A DNA stretch of 64,000 nucleotides. Origin: Candidatus Hydrogenedentota bacterium (lineage in GTDB: Bacteria > Hydrogenedentota > Hydrogenedentia > Hydrogenedentales > SLHB01). This document shows, piece by piece, positions 1 through 8,727 of the stretch. The notes below the pieces were generated by a model. The model worked only from the letters and a program-made list of their open reading frames with translations, had not been told where the DNA came from and searched no databases. Each line of letters starts with the position of its first letter. The stretch's first letter is position 1. Position numbers and translations under genes: made by a program. Location of the stretch: assembly GCA_963745075.1 (NCBI GenBank), contig CAVUWV010000009.1, forward strand, positions 224,001-288,000. Reading direction: 5' to 3'.

Positions 1-69
1 AAGGCGTAGGCGGGACCGTGGAGAGATGAATTGTCATACTTTAGTCCGTTGCGTGTTCGGTGGTAGGCA

Positions 70-100
70 TTGACACCTGGCAAGTAAGATGATATCTTAC
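70..100 (+). promoter_or_regulatory. sigma70 promoter of vapBC with overlapping operator palindrome
   Basis: TTGACA (70-75), 17-bp spacer, TATCTT (93-98); inverted repeat GTAAGAT-gat-ATCTTAC (84-100) overlaps the -10. Confidence 0.8.
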
Positions 101-105
101 CTTAT

Positions 106-357
106 ATGAAGACCACCGTTTCCAGTAAAGGCCAGATCGTTATGCCGGCCGAGATCCGTAACGAAGACCAAATCGAGGCCGGGCAGGAATTCGAGATCGA
201 GCGCATCAAAGCCGGCGAATATGTCTTGAGGCGCAAGACGCCCCCCCGAAACGAGGGGTTGATGGAACTCTTGTTGGCATGCCCGGTCAAGGATTGGTTT
301 GTGCCGATGGATCGAAGTGATACGACGGATGATATTCAACCGGCGGGGGTGGGATGA
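106..357 (+). CDS. vapB: AbrB/MazE/SpoVT-family antitoxin (VapB-like)
   Basis: N-terminal TVSSKGQIVMPAEIR swapped-hairpin motif; ATGA overlap with PIN gene. Confidence 0.9.
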   Translation: MKTTVSSKGQIVMPAEIRNEDQIEAGQEFEIERIKAGEYVLRRKTPPRNEGLMELLLACPVKDWFVPMDRSDTTDDIQPAGVG

Positions 358-761
358 CCTACCTCGTCGATTCAAACGTACTCAGTGAGCCGACCCGTCT
401 CGATCCCAATCCGGATGTTGTCGAGTGGTTGACCACGAACGAGCGGGAGTTCGTAGTCGATCCCATTGTTCTGGGGGAAATCCGCATCGGTGTATTCTCG
501 CTCCCGCGAGGGCGAAAGCGTTCGCAACTTCAGCGATGGTTCGAAGCCGTGGCAACTTCCGTTGAATGCATTCCGTGGGATCGCGAAGTCAGCGCGCGCT
601 GGGCAGGGTTGGTTGTCGCCCTCAAGCGCAAAGGGCAAACGCTCCCCCTGCTGGACAGCATGATCGCTGCCACGGCCCTAACACATCAGCTAACCGTCGC
701 AACGAGAAACGTGAACGATTTCCGTCGGGCCGGCGTCAAGGTAGTAAATCCATTCGCCTAA
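354..761 (+). CDS. vapC: VapC PIN-domain toxin
   Basis: YLVDSNVLSE, LDSMIAATA, VATRNVNDF, VNPF PIN motifs; 135 aa. Confidence 0.93.
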   Translation: MTYLVDSNVLSEPTRLDPNPDVVEWLTTNEREFVVDPIVLGEIRIGVFSLPRGRKRSQLQRWFEAVATSVECIPWDREVSARWAGLVVALKRKGQTLPLLDSMIAATALTHQLTVATRNVNDFRRAGVKVVNPFA

Positions 762-841
762 GACGGGCTTGCCCACAGTCCATACGAACGGCGTAGGTCG
801 CGCGATGCGCCAAGACCCGCGCAAGAGACCGGAGAGGTCGT

Positions 842-1109
842 GTCCACCGATTGCACAGATTCTCACCGATTCAAGAAGAACCTATCCGCAGATGGCGCAG
901 ATTCAAGAATCAAGCGACTTAAGCAATTCTCAGGACTGAAAGTCCGTCACAAGATAGCCCAGGGCAAAGCGAAGCGACGCCCTGGGTTCTGGAACCTCAA
1001 TAACCAAGCGCTGAAAGTGCGAAACAATCATCTGCGCAAACCTGCACCATCTGCGGGCAGAATCCGTTCTTCCTTCTTCAATCGGTGTAAACCGGCGTAA
1101 TCGGTGGAC
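842..1109. repeat. Nested composite palindromic (REP-like) element
   Basis: Outer IR GTCCACCGATT...AATCGGTGGAC; inner IR CCGCAGATGG...CCATCTGCGG; central hairpins GGACTGAAAGTCC (933-945), AGCCCAGGGC/GCCCTGGGTT (956-988), GCGCTGAAAGTGC (1008-1020). Confidence 0.8.
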
Positions 1110-1112
1110 GTA

Positions 1113-2417
1113 CTAAATCTCGATCGTCCACGGCTCCCGCATGGGGCGCGACAACATTGCGTTCGCTTCGTCGTCGTCCTCGAATCGTTCGGCCACCGGG
1201 TCCCATCGCAACGGCCGATCGAGCCGCAGGCAGATGTTTCCGATGTGGCAGATCGTCGTCGACCGATGCGCGATCTCCGGCGGGGCGATCGTCGTTTCCC
1301 GCGACTTGACGCAATCGAGGAAGTTCCGGTGGTGCGGATTCCAGTGCGCGTAATCCTCCGGCACGATCTCCGCCGCTTCCAACAACGACGCCGGTTCCCC
1401 CTTCACATTTCCGAAATCGTCCACGCTGATCCAGCCGTCGGATCCCTCGAACTTCACCTCACGCGGATCGTGATCGTGCATGATGAGGCGCACGCCGTCC
1501 GCATACGTCGCCGTGATGCCGTGGTACACCGACGTATTAAACAGGCTGCCCTTCCGCGGCCACACCGCCCAGCCTTCGTACGTGAGCGGCCCCGTCAACT
1601 CCGAATCGTTGCCCCACTGCGCGAGGTCGTTGAAATGCGCGCCGATATCCGTCAACTGCCCGCCCGAATAATCGTAGATCCACCGGAACGATCCGAAACA
1701 GCGTTGCTCCGCGTACGGCGCCCACGGCGCCGGCCCCAGCCACATGTCGTAATCGAACCCTTCGGGCACCGGCACTTCCTCCGGCGACGCCCAATCGTGG
1801 CCGATGGACAGATTCGTGTGCATCGTGTGCACCTCGCCGAGTTTGCCCGACCTCGCCGTATCGACGGCAAACCGGAAACAGGGGATGCTTCGCCGCTGCG
1901 TGCCGCTCTGATACACCACGCTGTACTTCTTCATCGCCTCCACGACCAGCCGCCCTTCGGCGACGGTCAGCGATATCGGCTTCTCGCAATAGAGGTCCTT
2001 GCCCGCCTTCGCCGTTTCGATGGCGATGAGCGCGTGCCAATGATCCGGCGTCGCGATGAGCACCGCATCGATGTCATCCCGCGCGATGATTTCCCGCCAA
2101 TCCTGCGTCATCGTGCCACGCCACGGCGTGGTATTGCCGTACGTCTCGTCGATATGCGCCTTCGCCTTCTTCATCCGGAAATCGCCCGCATCGCACAACG
2201 CAATAAACTGCACGTCGCTGTGCGCCGTGAAGTTCACGATATCCGTCGTGCCCATGCCCCCCGTACCGATCCCCGCCATCACGATCCGTTCGCTCGGCGC
2301 CGTCGCCGCCCCCAACCCCAACACACTCGACGGCACTACCTGCGGCCCCACCCAAGCCGCCGACGCGGCCAGGCTACTGCGTTTCATGAACTGCCTGCGT
2401 GATACCGCTTCTGTCAT
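1113..2417 (-). CDS. Gfo/Idh/MocA-family oxidoreductase with Tat signal
   Basis: SRRQFMK Tat motif; GIGTGGMG Rossmann motif; ATPDHWH, CEKP, GTQRRS. Confidence 0.93.
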   Translation of the reverse strand: MTEAVSRRQFMKRSSLAASAAWVGPQVVPSSVLGLGAATAPSERIVMAGIGTGGMGTTDIVNFTAHSDVQFIALCDAGDFRMKKAKAHIDETYGNTTPWRGTMTQDWREIIARDDIDAVLIATPDHWHALIAIETAKAGKDLYCEKPISLTVAEGRLVVEAMKKYSVVYQSGTQRRSIPCFRFAVDTARSGKLGEVHTMHTNLSIGHDWASPEEVPVPEGFDYDMWLGPAPWAPYAEQRCFGSFRWIYDYSGGQLTDIGAHFNDLAQWGNDSELTGPLTYEGWAVWPRKGSLFNTSVYHGITATYADGVRLIMHDHDPREVKFEGSDGWISVDDFGNVKGEPASLLEAAEIVPEDYAHWNPHHRNFLDCVKSRETTIAPPEIAHRSTTICHIGNICLRLDRPLRWDPVAERFEDDDEANAMLSRPMREPWTIEI

Positions 2418-2495
2418 TGTCCGTTCCTCCAGGTAGTGAACGCGATGGATGCTCTCCGATTGACGCAGGGCACGGAATCCCGATGCCTACCCAGT

Positions 2496-3683
2496 CTATC
2501 GGATTCCGTGGTCCGGCAACAGTGGGTTTATCAACATCATCACGCTTGGCATCATGGTAATCCTGCCACGATACCATTCAACGACGCGTTGCCGGAATTC
2601 GCTGTTGTCGTTGGCCGGGGTAAAGACGAGATCCCGACTCATCTCCGCCGGCGTCAGCGTGCCTTTGAACTTGCACAGGTAGGAGAACTCCAGGTCTTCG
2701 GGTTTGAAGAAACCCTCTGGGTCGACGGACTCTTCGGCGGTCAGATCCCGTAACAAGAAGTCCGGTGACTTGACGCCGGCAAAGTGAAGCGCAAGCCCAT
2801 CGTCACACGCCATTTTCCGGTCGCTTGCCAGATAGACGAGCACTTCGGTATCGAACCCTCCGGTGCCGGTAAGTCGGAGCGGATACACCGGCTGCTCGTG
2901 CGGGAAACGAAGCACCAGTGGGGCTGAAAGTCCCTCAAAATCGAGTCCCCATTCCTCGTCATTTTCATCAGGACCGATCGTCGCTACCGCGAAACACCAG
3001 TTGTCCTCGATATAGGCGTCAAAGGCCGCCTTGTCCTTTTCACCGAACTGAAACTCATGGGCATTGAGCCAGGCGATTAGGTCCCGGGAGTCGTCGGATC
3101 GGATAACCTGTACATTGTAGACACCCACGTTGCTCTCGGAAATCACTTCAACGCCTTCTTTGCCTCGCGGGCCGGTCAGGAGAAGAAACCAGCATCCCAG
3201 CCAGAGGACCGCCCCGTAACACCAACACCGGGCGAAGTTGCGTCGGTGTCGCCGGAATGTATCTCGTAGCGACGGCACAAACGTCAAAACGAAAAGGATG
3301 AACCCGAGCGCGGTACAAACGCCAATCGTGTAGAAGATTACGGAAAAAACGATTGGCGCAACACGCGTAACGTGAGGGCGAGTCTGCCAACTCATATTGT
3401 GGAAGATACCCGGAGCAAAAAGAGGGTGAATGCTGGCCACTTCCGGCGTGGAAGGAACTGGAACAACCCAACCAAGTGAACCGTCTTTGGCGGGCACAGA
3501 CGTCGCGTATTTGCTCTGGAGGATGAGTGTCTCAACCCCATCGTCAAAAAGGATAAGCGCCCGCTGGTAGGGGATTGCGGGAGGAACCTCTTCGAGTCCG
3601 TACATCTTGCCATCCCCCATGGCGGGAATAGCGATGCCTAGCGTGAGCAAGAAGATTGCAGTTACGCGGGTTGTCCGTTTCAC
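2496..3683 (-). CDS. DUF2330-like exported/membrane protein
   Basis: Signal peptide then DGK; GWVVPVPSTP, LIAWLNAHEFQF, PVYPLRLT motifs; two internal TM helices. Confidence 0.7.
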   Translation of the reverse strand: MKRTTRVTAIFLLTLGIAIPAMGDGKMYGLEEVPPAIPYQRALILFDDGVETLILQSKYATSVPAKDGSLGWVVPVPSTPEVASIHPLFAPGIFHNMSWQTRPHVTRVAPIVFSVIFYTIGVCTALGFILFVLTFVPSLRDTFRRHRRNFARCWCYGAVLWLGCWFLLLTGPRGKEGVEVISESNVGVYNVQVIRSDDSRDLIAWLNAHEFQFGEKDKAAFDAYIEDNWCFAVATIGPDENDEEWGLDFEGLSAPLVLRFPHEQPVYPLRLTGTGGFDTEVLVYLASDRKMACDDGLALHFAGVKSPDFLLRDLTAEESVDPEGFFKPEDLEFSYLCKFKGTLTPAEMSRDLVFTPANDNSEFRQRVVEWYRGRITMMPSVMMLINPLLPDHGIR

Positions 3684-3722
3684 GAAGTCTCCCCCCAGGC
3701 GGGACGGTACTATGTTATCTAT

Positions 3723-4640
3723 TCACTCCCCTGTATGTTTCCGGAAGAATAGTACGGCATGTTTGGAGTACTTTTCGAATTCGGATCGGTACTCCTCCGA
3801 GTTCGACGAATGCGGCGTCCTCGGCCATTCGGTCTCGACGGTGAAACCCGACTCCCGCAGGGACGCAGCGAATTCCTGCGCGATGCTGAATCGCGTATCC
3901 AGCGTGCCGCACATGACGAGAAATGGAACCTTCTCCGCGCCTTCGGCGGCGGGATGCCCGGCGACTTCGGCCGTTCGGGCGTCGAAGAGATCGCGCAGCC
4001 GCTCGGGGACCTTCTCAGCGTTCTCCGGGGAGGAAAGAAAGGCCTTCGGATCCTTCACCTCGCCGTATGCTTCAATCAACAACCGTCCGTCCGGCGTGGT
4101 CCACGTCCCCGCCGCAAACGCGGCGCAGGCCTGAACCAAATCCGGATTGGCCAACGCGAATCGGTGTGCAAACTGTCCGCCCATCGAGTACCCGCACAGC
4201 AGAATCTTCTCATACAGTTTGTATTCGGCGTGCACCTGCTCGAGCACCGCTTTGAGAAATGCGCCTTCGCCCAGCACCGGAAACCGGCTCACCTCTTTGT
4301 CGGCCGTAATAAACTCGGGCAAAATCAGAATCGCCGGCAGATTCCTCTCATCGGCGATCCTGCGCATGGCGATAGCCTTGGGGTTCGTCCGCGCGTTGCC
4401 GCCTCCGCCATGCGCCACAACCAGCGGCCAATAGGTCTTATCGGGATTGAAGCCTTTGGGCAAGGCAACGAAATACGTCCGCTCGGCGCCTTGAAATTCA
4501 ATAGTGCGCGTCAAAGGCTCGAACTCTTGCGACAAGGCCGGCAGCGCCACGCACGACGCGAAGAGAACGCTTCCGATTGCGGCAAACCAGATTCGCTCGT
4601 TCGATTGCATCGTAGACGCCACGTCAATCACCTCTGGCAT
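3723..4640 (-). CDS. Secreted alpha/beta hydrolase (esterase-like)
   Basis: HGGGG oxyanion motif, GYSMG nucleophile elbow, GTLD, C-terminal His; hydrophobic N-terminal signal. Confidence 0.8.
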   Translation of the reverse strand: MPEVIDVASTMQSNERIWFAAIGSVLFASCVALPALSQEFEPLTRTIEFQGAERTYFVALPKGFNPDKTYWPLVVAHGGGGNARTNPKAIAMRRIADERNLPAILILPEFITADKEVSRFPVLGEGAFLKAVLEQVHAEYKLYEKILLCGYSMGGQFAHRFALANPDLVQACAAFAAGTWTTPDGRLLIEAYGEVKDPKAFLSSPENAEKVPERLRDLFDARTAEVAGHPAAEGAEKVPFLVMCGTLDTRFSIAQEFAASLRESGFTVETEWPRTPHSSNSEEYRSEFEKYSKHAVLFFRKHTGE

Positions 4641-4734
4641 ATTGTTAAACGGACTGCGCGGACAAGTGCCCAGGAGCGTATCTCGGGCCTACCCCATAAA
4701 TGGTTTGGCAGGGACGTTGACAGTCAAGATTATC

Positions 4735-4959
4735 TCAAACGTTTGCGGCTTGATAGATGGCGGGCTGGTACTTTGGAGGCGGAATGGGTTTCCCTTCCGC
4801 CCGTGCAGACTCCAGCCAAAGTGCTTTGGCTTTTTGGACCTCTTGCAGCGCCTCCTCCGGCGTGGAGCCAAAGGCTGAACAGGCTTCCAAATCCGGAATA
4901 TCGGCGATGTACCCCTCGTCATCTTCCGAGTAGAAGATGTTCATGTGATAGTCTTTCAT
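4735..4959 (-). CDS. hicB: HicB-family antitoxin (short form)
   Basis: YIADIPDLEACSAFGSTPEEAL...GKPIP motif; 74 aa. Confidence 0.9.
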   Translation of the reverse strand: MKDYHMNIFYSEDDEGYIADIPDLEACSAFGSTPEEALQEVQKAKALWLESARAEGKPIPPPKYQPAIYQAANV

Positions 4960-5012
4960 TTGTCTTCCTTTAGTTTCAGGCTATGGCGCTCGACCAAGTT
5001 CAGAAATTGGCG
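4956..5012 (-). pseudogene. hicA: 3' remnant of hicA toxin
   Basis: Reads RQFLNLVERHSLKLKEDK*, with TGA overlapping the hicB ATG (ATGA); resembles HicA C-termini; no HicA-like sequence upstream of 5012. Confidence 0.7.
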
Positions 5013-5031
5013 AGTCCGACGTGCTGATCCA

Positions 5032-5439
5032 CTAGCGCCGTTCTGTTAAGACTTCGAGCGCCGTGATGCCTTCGAAATCCTTCGCGTTGTGCGTCACAAG
5101 CGGTACGCCGTGCCGGGCAGCGCACGCAGCGATCCACGCGTCGTTAGGGCCAATGGGGTTACCCTTGCGTCTGCGTTCCGCGACAAGCCGGCCGTAGTAC
5201 CGGGCAATATCGTGATCGTACGGGATCACGACGAAGTTCCGTAGGGTTGTCTCCAGTTCTTTCCGCTTCTTCTCACCCCAGTTCTTGTGTTCCGCGCCGT
5301 AGTACATCTCACCGACGGTAATGAAGGCGATGGCGAGCAGCCGGCCTTGAAGATGCGGTGCGTACGCTTCGGCCAAGGAACCACCCTTCATCAAGTACGA
5401 GACGACGTTCGTGTCGAGGATGATTTTGACGTCGCTCAT
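5032..5439 (-). CDS. vapC: VapC PIN-domain toxin
   Basis: ILDTNVVS, TVGEM, NDAWIAA, LVTHNAKDF motifs. Confidence 0.92.
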   Translation of the reverse strand: MSDVKIILDTNVVSYLMKGGSLAEAYAPHLQGRLLAIAFITVGEMYYGAEHKNWGEKKRKELETTLRNFVVIPYDHDIARYYGRLVAERRRKGNPIGPNDAWIAACAARHGVPLVTHNAKDFEGITALEVLTERR

Positions 5440-6425
5440 GAAGTGCGGCCTCGTTCCATGTGAGAATGGCGCAATTCGTCAATTGCATCTTCGAACCCAT
5501 CATCGACATCGCCCGGCCAAGTACCGAAAAGCGCGCGCACATCCGCCATGGGCTTGACATTTTGCGCTTCCGCCAATTCGTCCAGAGAGGGTGATTCCCA
5601 GAAACTCCGTGATATGGGAGTGCCTTGCGGCAAGAGTTCGGTGGCTTCTCCTTCATATTCTTCGAGGCGTTCGATGTCGTGAATCTTGATGCTGGAGATC
5701 TTACCACTTACGGCGTCTTCCTTCGCTTCACCCACGATACGCACGTATTGGAGGATGTCTTCTAGAACCTCGTCTTTCTGTTCTTCATCAAACAGACAAA
5801 GCACCGGGTCACCCACCGGCGGATGGACTCGGCAACGAGTGCCATGTTCTTTGAAGTCCGCCATTAGCAATCGTCCCTCAATGGTGCGTATATTGGTTTG
5901 CGGCCCCTTGATGCGTTCCTGTATGCGCGCGAACCCCTTCGACGTGTATGTCGCCCTTAACGGTTCTGTCCGGTGATTCAAAGTGAATTCAATCTTCTCA
6001 ATTCCTTGGGTGAAGAGCGTCCCAGCATCGCGCCAAGCCATCAGGACGCCCGCGTCGTAACCCGCCGGAAGCGTTTCATCGGTGCCTTGAGCCGCGGCCA
6101 AGCCGACCATCGCTTTCTCCAGAATCTCTATACCTAGATCTACTCCAGGCAAAGACGCCTCGGTTTGCCGTCGTTCGAAACCCAGCACTGCAGACGGGCT
6201 ACCGTGGGTCAGCAACACGAGATCGAGAGCAACTTCCTCTTTGATGCTACGTGGCTGTGGTCCGCGCCGAACGCTTTCGGCCTCTCCTGCAAGCACGCGC
6301 CCGGTTCGTTGCAGGGCCTTACCTAGGTTGTCGAGAAAGCGCAAAAGATGTGCGACCGGAATCTTCCCCGGTCCCACGGCCTCGCCGTCGAAGCGTACTT
6401 TCAGCAACGGTTCCTTATCGGGCAT
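5436..6425 (-). CDS. Hypothetical 329-aa protein, probable large partner/antitoxin of the PIN toxin
   Basis: GGAGGT RBS before ATG 6425 (MPDKEPLL); ATGA overlap with PIN gene; beta-rich middle, acidic antitoxin-like C-terminus. Confidence 0.8.
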   Translation of the reverse strand: MPDKEPLLKVRFDGEAVGPGKIPVAHLLRFLDNLGKALQRTGRVLAGEAESVRRGPQPRSIKEEVALDLVLLTHGSPSAVLGFERRQTEASLPGVDLGIEILEKAMVGLAAAQGTDETLPAGYDAGVLMAWRDAGTLFTQGIEKIEFTLNHRTEPLRATYTSKGFARIQERIKGPQTNIRTIEGRLLMADFKEHGTRCRVHPPVGDPVLCLFDEEQKDEVLEDILQYVRIVGEAKEDAVSGKISSIKIHDIERLEEYEGEATELLPQGTPISRSFWESPSLDELAEAQNVKPMADVRALFGTWPGDVDDGFEDAIDELRHSHMERGRTS

Positions 6426-6648
6426 AGTCGTACCTCCGAATTCCGATTCAGATACTTCTCCACCGAGAATGATAGTCCGGCAACAAACTGTATCTCCGTA
6501 CATCCTGCCGCGATTGCTTTCTCGTCGTCGGCTCCCCGTTCTCACCAGCCTGAGGGAAGAATGCTTTCATAGTAGCGTATTCGGCTGAAAGCCACAAGCA
6601 CGGGAGTGGGGGCACGCCACAACTCCCGCCCAGCAAGATATTTGCCGC

Positions 6649-6737
6649 CTAGCCCGCATTTCTCACCGCTCCACGACCTCGCCTTCGAGACAAAGCATTC
6701 GAGGCGGTGAGAAATGCTCCCGAGAAAACCGGGCTAG
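6649..6737. mobile_element. MITE-like element with CTAG flanks
   Basis: CTAG|CCCGCATTTCTC...GAGAAAACCGGG|CTAG (12-bp TIR, 2 mismatches); internal perfect 14-bp IR 6656-6669/6704-6717. Confidence 0.6.
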
Positions 6738-6944
6738 CCCCCAGACCGCACATCTGGGATTATCAAGACTGCATACCGTGTCCGTCGCCGGTTTTGGTCG
6801 TCGGTGAAGAGTAGAGTACTACCAAGGGCGATGCAATTGCAGCGAACGTCCAATCCTGCGTCGGTTGCTCGCGAGTTCCGTCGATATCATCTGTGCCTCA
6901 CTCGTTCGACGCAATACCCCCGTGCCCGTTCACGCCATGCTGGT

Positions 6945-8367
6945 TTATGCGGCACCGGCGGGTTTCACGTACGGAAACCCCTCATCCCCGGTTTCGTTGG
7001 CCCACTGCACCATGAGCGTACGGTGCCGATTCGAGCTTATCCTGATACGCCTCCACCCCCGCGAGGTTCTTCATCTCGCCGCGGTCGGCGGTCATGTCGA
7101 ACAACTGTTCCCGGTCTTCGCCGGCGTCGTACACGCAATATTTGAACTGTTTGGTGCGGATCATCCGGCCTCGCAAACCCAGCGGCGTGTCATTGCGGGA
7201 GAACATGGTTTCGACCGCGACGAATTCGCGGTCCAAGGTCGTCGTTTCGCCTGTTGCCAAAGGCCGCAACGACAGCCCCCGCATGGACGCCGGCGCTTTG
7301 GCGCCTGCGAAATCGAGTATGGTCGCCGGAATGTCCAGCGCCGTCGAAACCAATTCGGCCGACACCTGTTGCTTGATCGTGTCCGGCCAGGAGAGGATCA
7401 GCGGTACGCGCGTGGCTTCGTCGTAGAGGATCTGCTTTTGGTTCCAATGGTGCATCGCGACGCCTTCGCCATGGTCGGCGACGAAAAGGACCACCGTGTT
7501 ATCCGCGTAGCCCCCGTCACGCAGCGCCGCCAACACCTGCGCGATTTCCGCGTCCACCTTCTCGACCAGCCGGTAATATCCCCAGAGATACTGGCGCCAT
7601 TTCAGTTCGTCCCAATCCTGCGTGGGGTAGTGGTGGGGGATGGACTTCTGAACCGTGCGGATGGCGGACGGCTCGTTGAGCGGAACGGCGAAGTTATCCG
7701 GCAACGGCGGCAAATCCTCCAGCGTGTCCGGAGCGTCGGGAATCGGCCCATCCGGCAATTCCTGACCACGCGCCAACTCGCAGACGTTGTGGGGATTCAC
7801 ATAAGAAACCGTCAGGAAGAACGGCGCGTCGTGTTCGCGCTGGAGAAAGGCCAGCGCTGCCTCCGTCTTCTTCCCGTCCGGCTGATCTTCCGATGCTTCC
7901 GCATATCCCGCCGCTTCGAACGTAGTGCCGACGTGCCATTTCCCGATATACGCACATTCGTACCCGGCGTCGCCCATCAGATTCCCCAGCAGGGGGAAAT
8001 CGCCCTCGATCTTGCGGCGGTTGCTGACTGTACCAATCTCGTGGGGATACCGCCCGGTCTGCAAGCTCGAACGACACGGCGTACACAACGGCTGCGTCAC
8101 GTAGGCGCGTTCGAAGCGGGTTCCGCTGGCCGCCAGCGAGTCCATCGCCGGTGTTTTCAGGTAGCGATTCCCCGTGCAACTCATCGCCGATGCCGTCAAC
8201 TGGTCCGTCATGATCAACACGATATTCGGTTTGCCATGCAGCGCGCTTTCCGCTTCCGCAGCGAGTGAACGCGTCGCTGCAACGCCCGCGCCGGCGATTG
8301 CCGCCGAATAGGTCAAGAAATCGCGTCGTGTGAAATGCAGATCCTGTTTATGAGATTTTGTATTCAT
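6945..8367 (-). CDS. Sulfatase with Tat signal (one +1 frameshift near 7032)
   Basis: TRRDFL Tat motif; KPNIVLIMTDQ, CTPCRSSLQTG (CxPxR), GKWH, ADHG; shifted frame gives the typical end NRHRTLMVQWANETGD...* at 6945. Confidence 0.9.
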
Positions 8368-8551
8368 AAGCGGCAGCTCCAGTATGAGTCGCCCGAGGGG
8401 GCATGTACCCGACTATAGCAGTTTTGCCACGGGTAGCTTCACCGCGCGATTTGTGGAACGTTCGCCACCGCCCTTATGGAGATATAGACGATCTTGGCAC
8501 GCCCGTGTGCGTGATTCGGCCTCGCGCCACACCGAGGTTGTTAGAAGGATC

Positions 8552-8717
8552 AGAACATCCCCCTTGATCCCCCTTCAAAGGGGGAATTCGTACGGTCCCC
8601 GTGCATGGTGATGTGCAATATCACATGCTTCGATTCTAACCTGTTGTCCAGGGTTGGACGCAACGCAAAGCGTTGCGAACAACTCCCCCTTTGAAGGGGG
8701 ATCAAGGGGGATGTTCT
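8552..8717. repeat. Palindromic REP/MITE-like element, copy 1
   Basis: Perfect 34-bp IR AGAACATCCCCCTTGATCCCCCTTCAAAGGGGGA (8552-8585/8684-8717); internal CAACGCAAAGCGTTG hairpin. Confidence 0.9.
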
Positions 8718-8727
8718 TTTAGTTTTG

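Noticed and set aside
840..1100. 86-aa ORF MSTDCTDSHRF...
   Set aside because: Translation of the nested palindromic repeat; no RBS or protein-like motifs
1104..2402. Long antisense ORFs (also 6865-8268, 19546-20940, 39950-41341 and others)
   Set aside because: Shadow frames of GC-rich real genes on the opposite strand; Arg/His-rich with no motifs
6426..6545. 40-aa N-terminal extension of ORF 5436-6545
   Set aside because: Strong GGAGGT RBS precedes ATG 6425, so the downstream start is preferred
8552..8717. Possible CRISPR repeats
   Set aside because: Arms are inverted, only two per locus, with no spacer array and no cas genes
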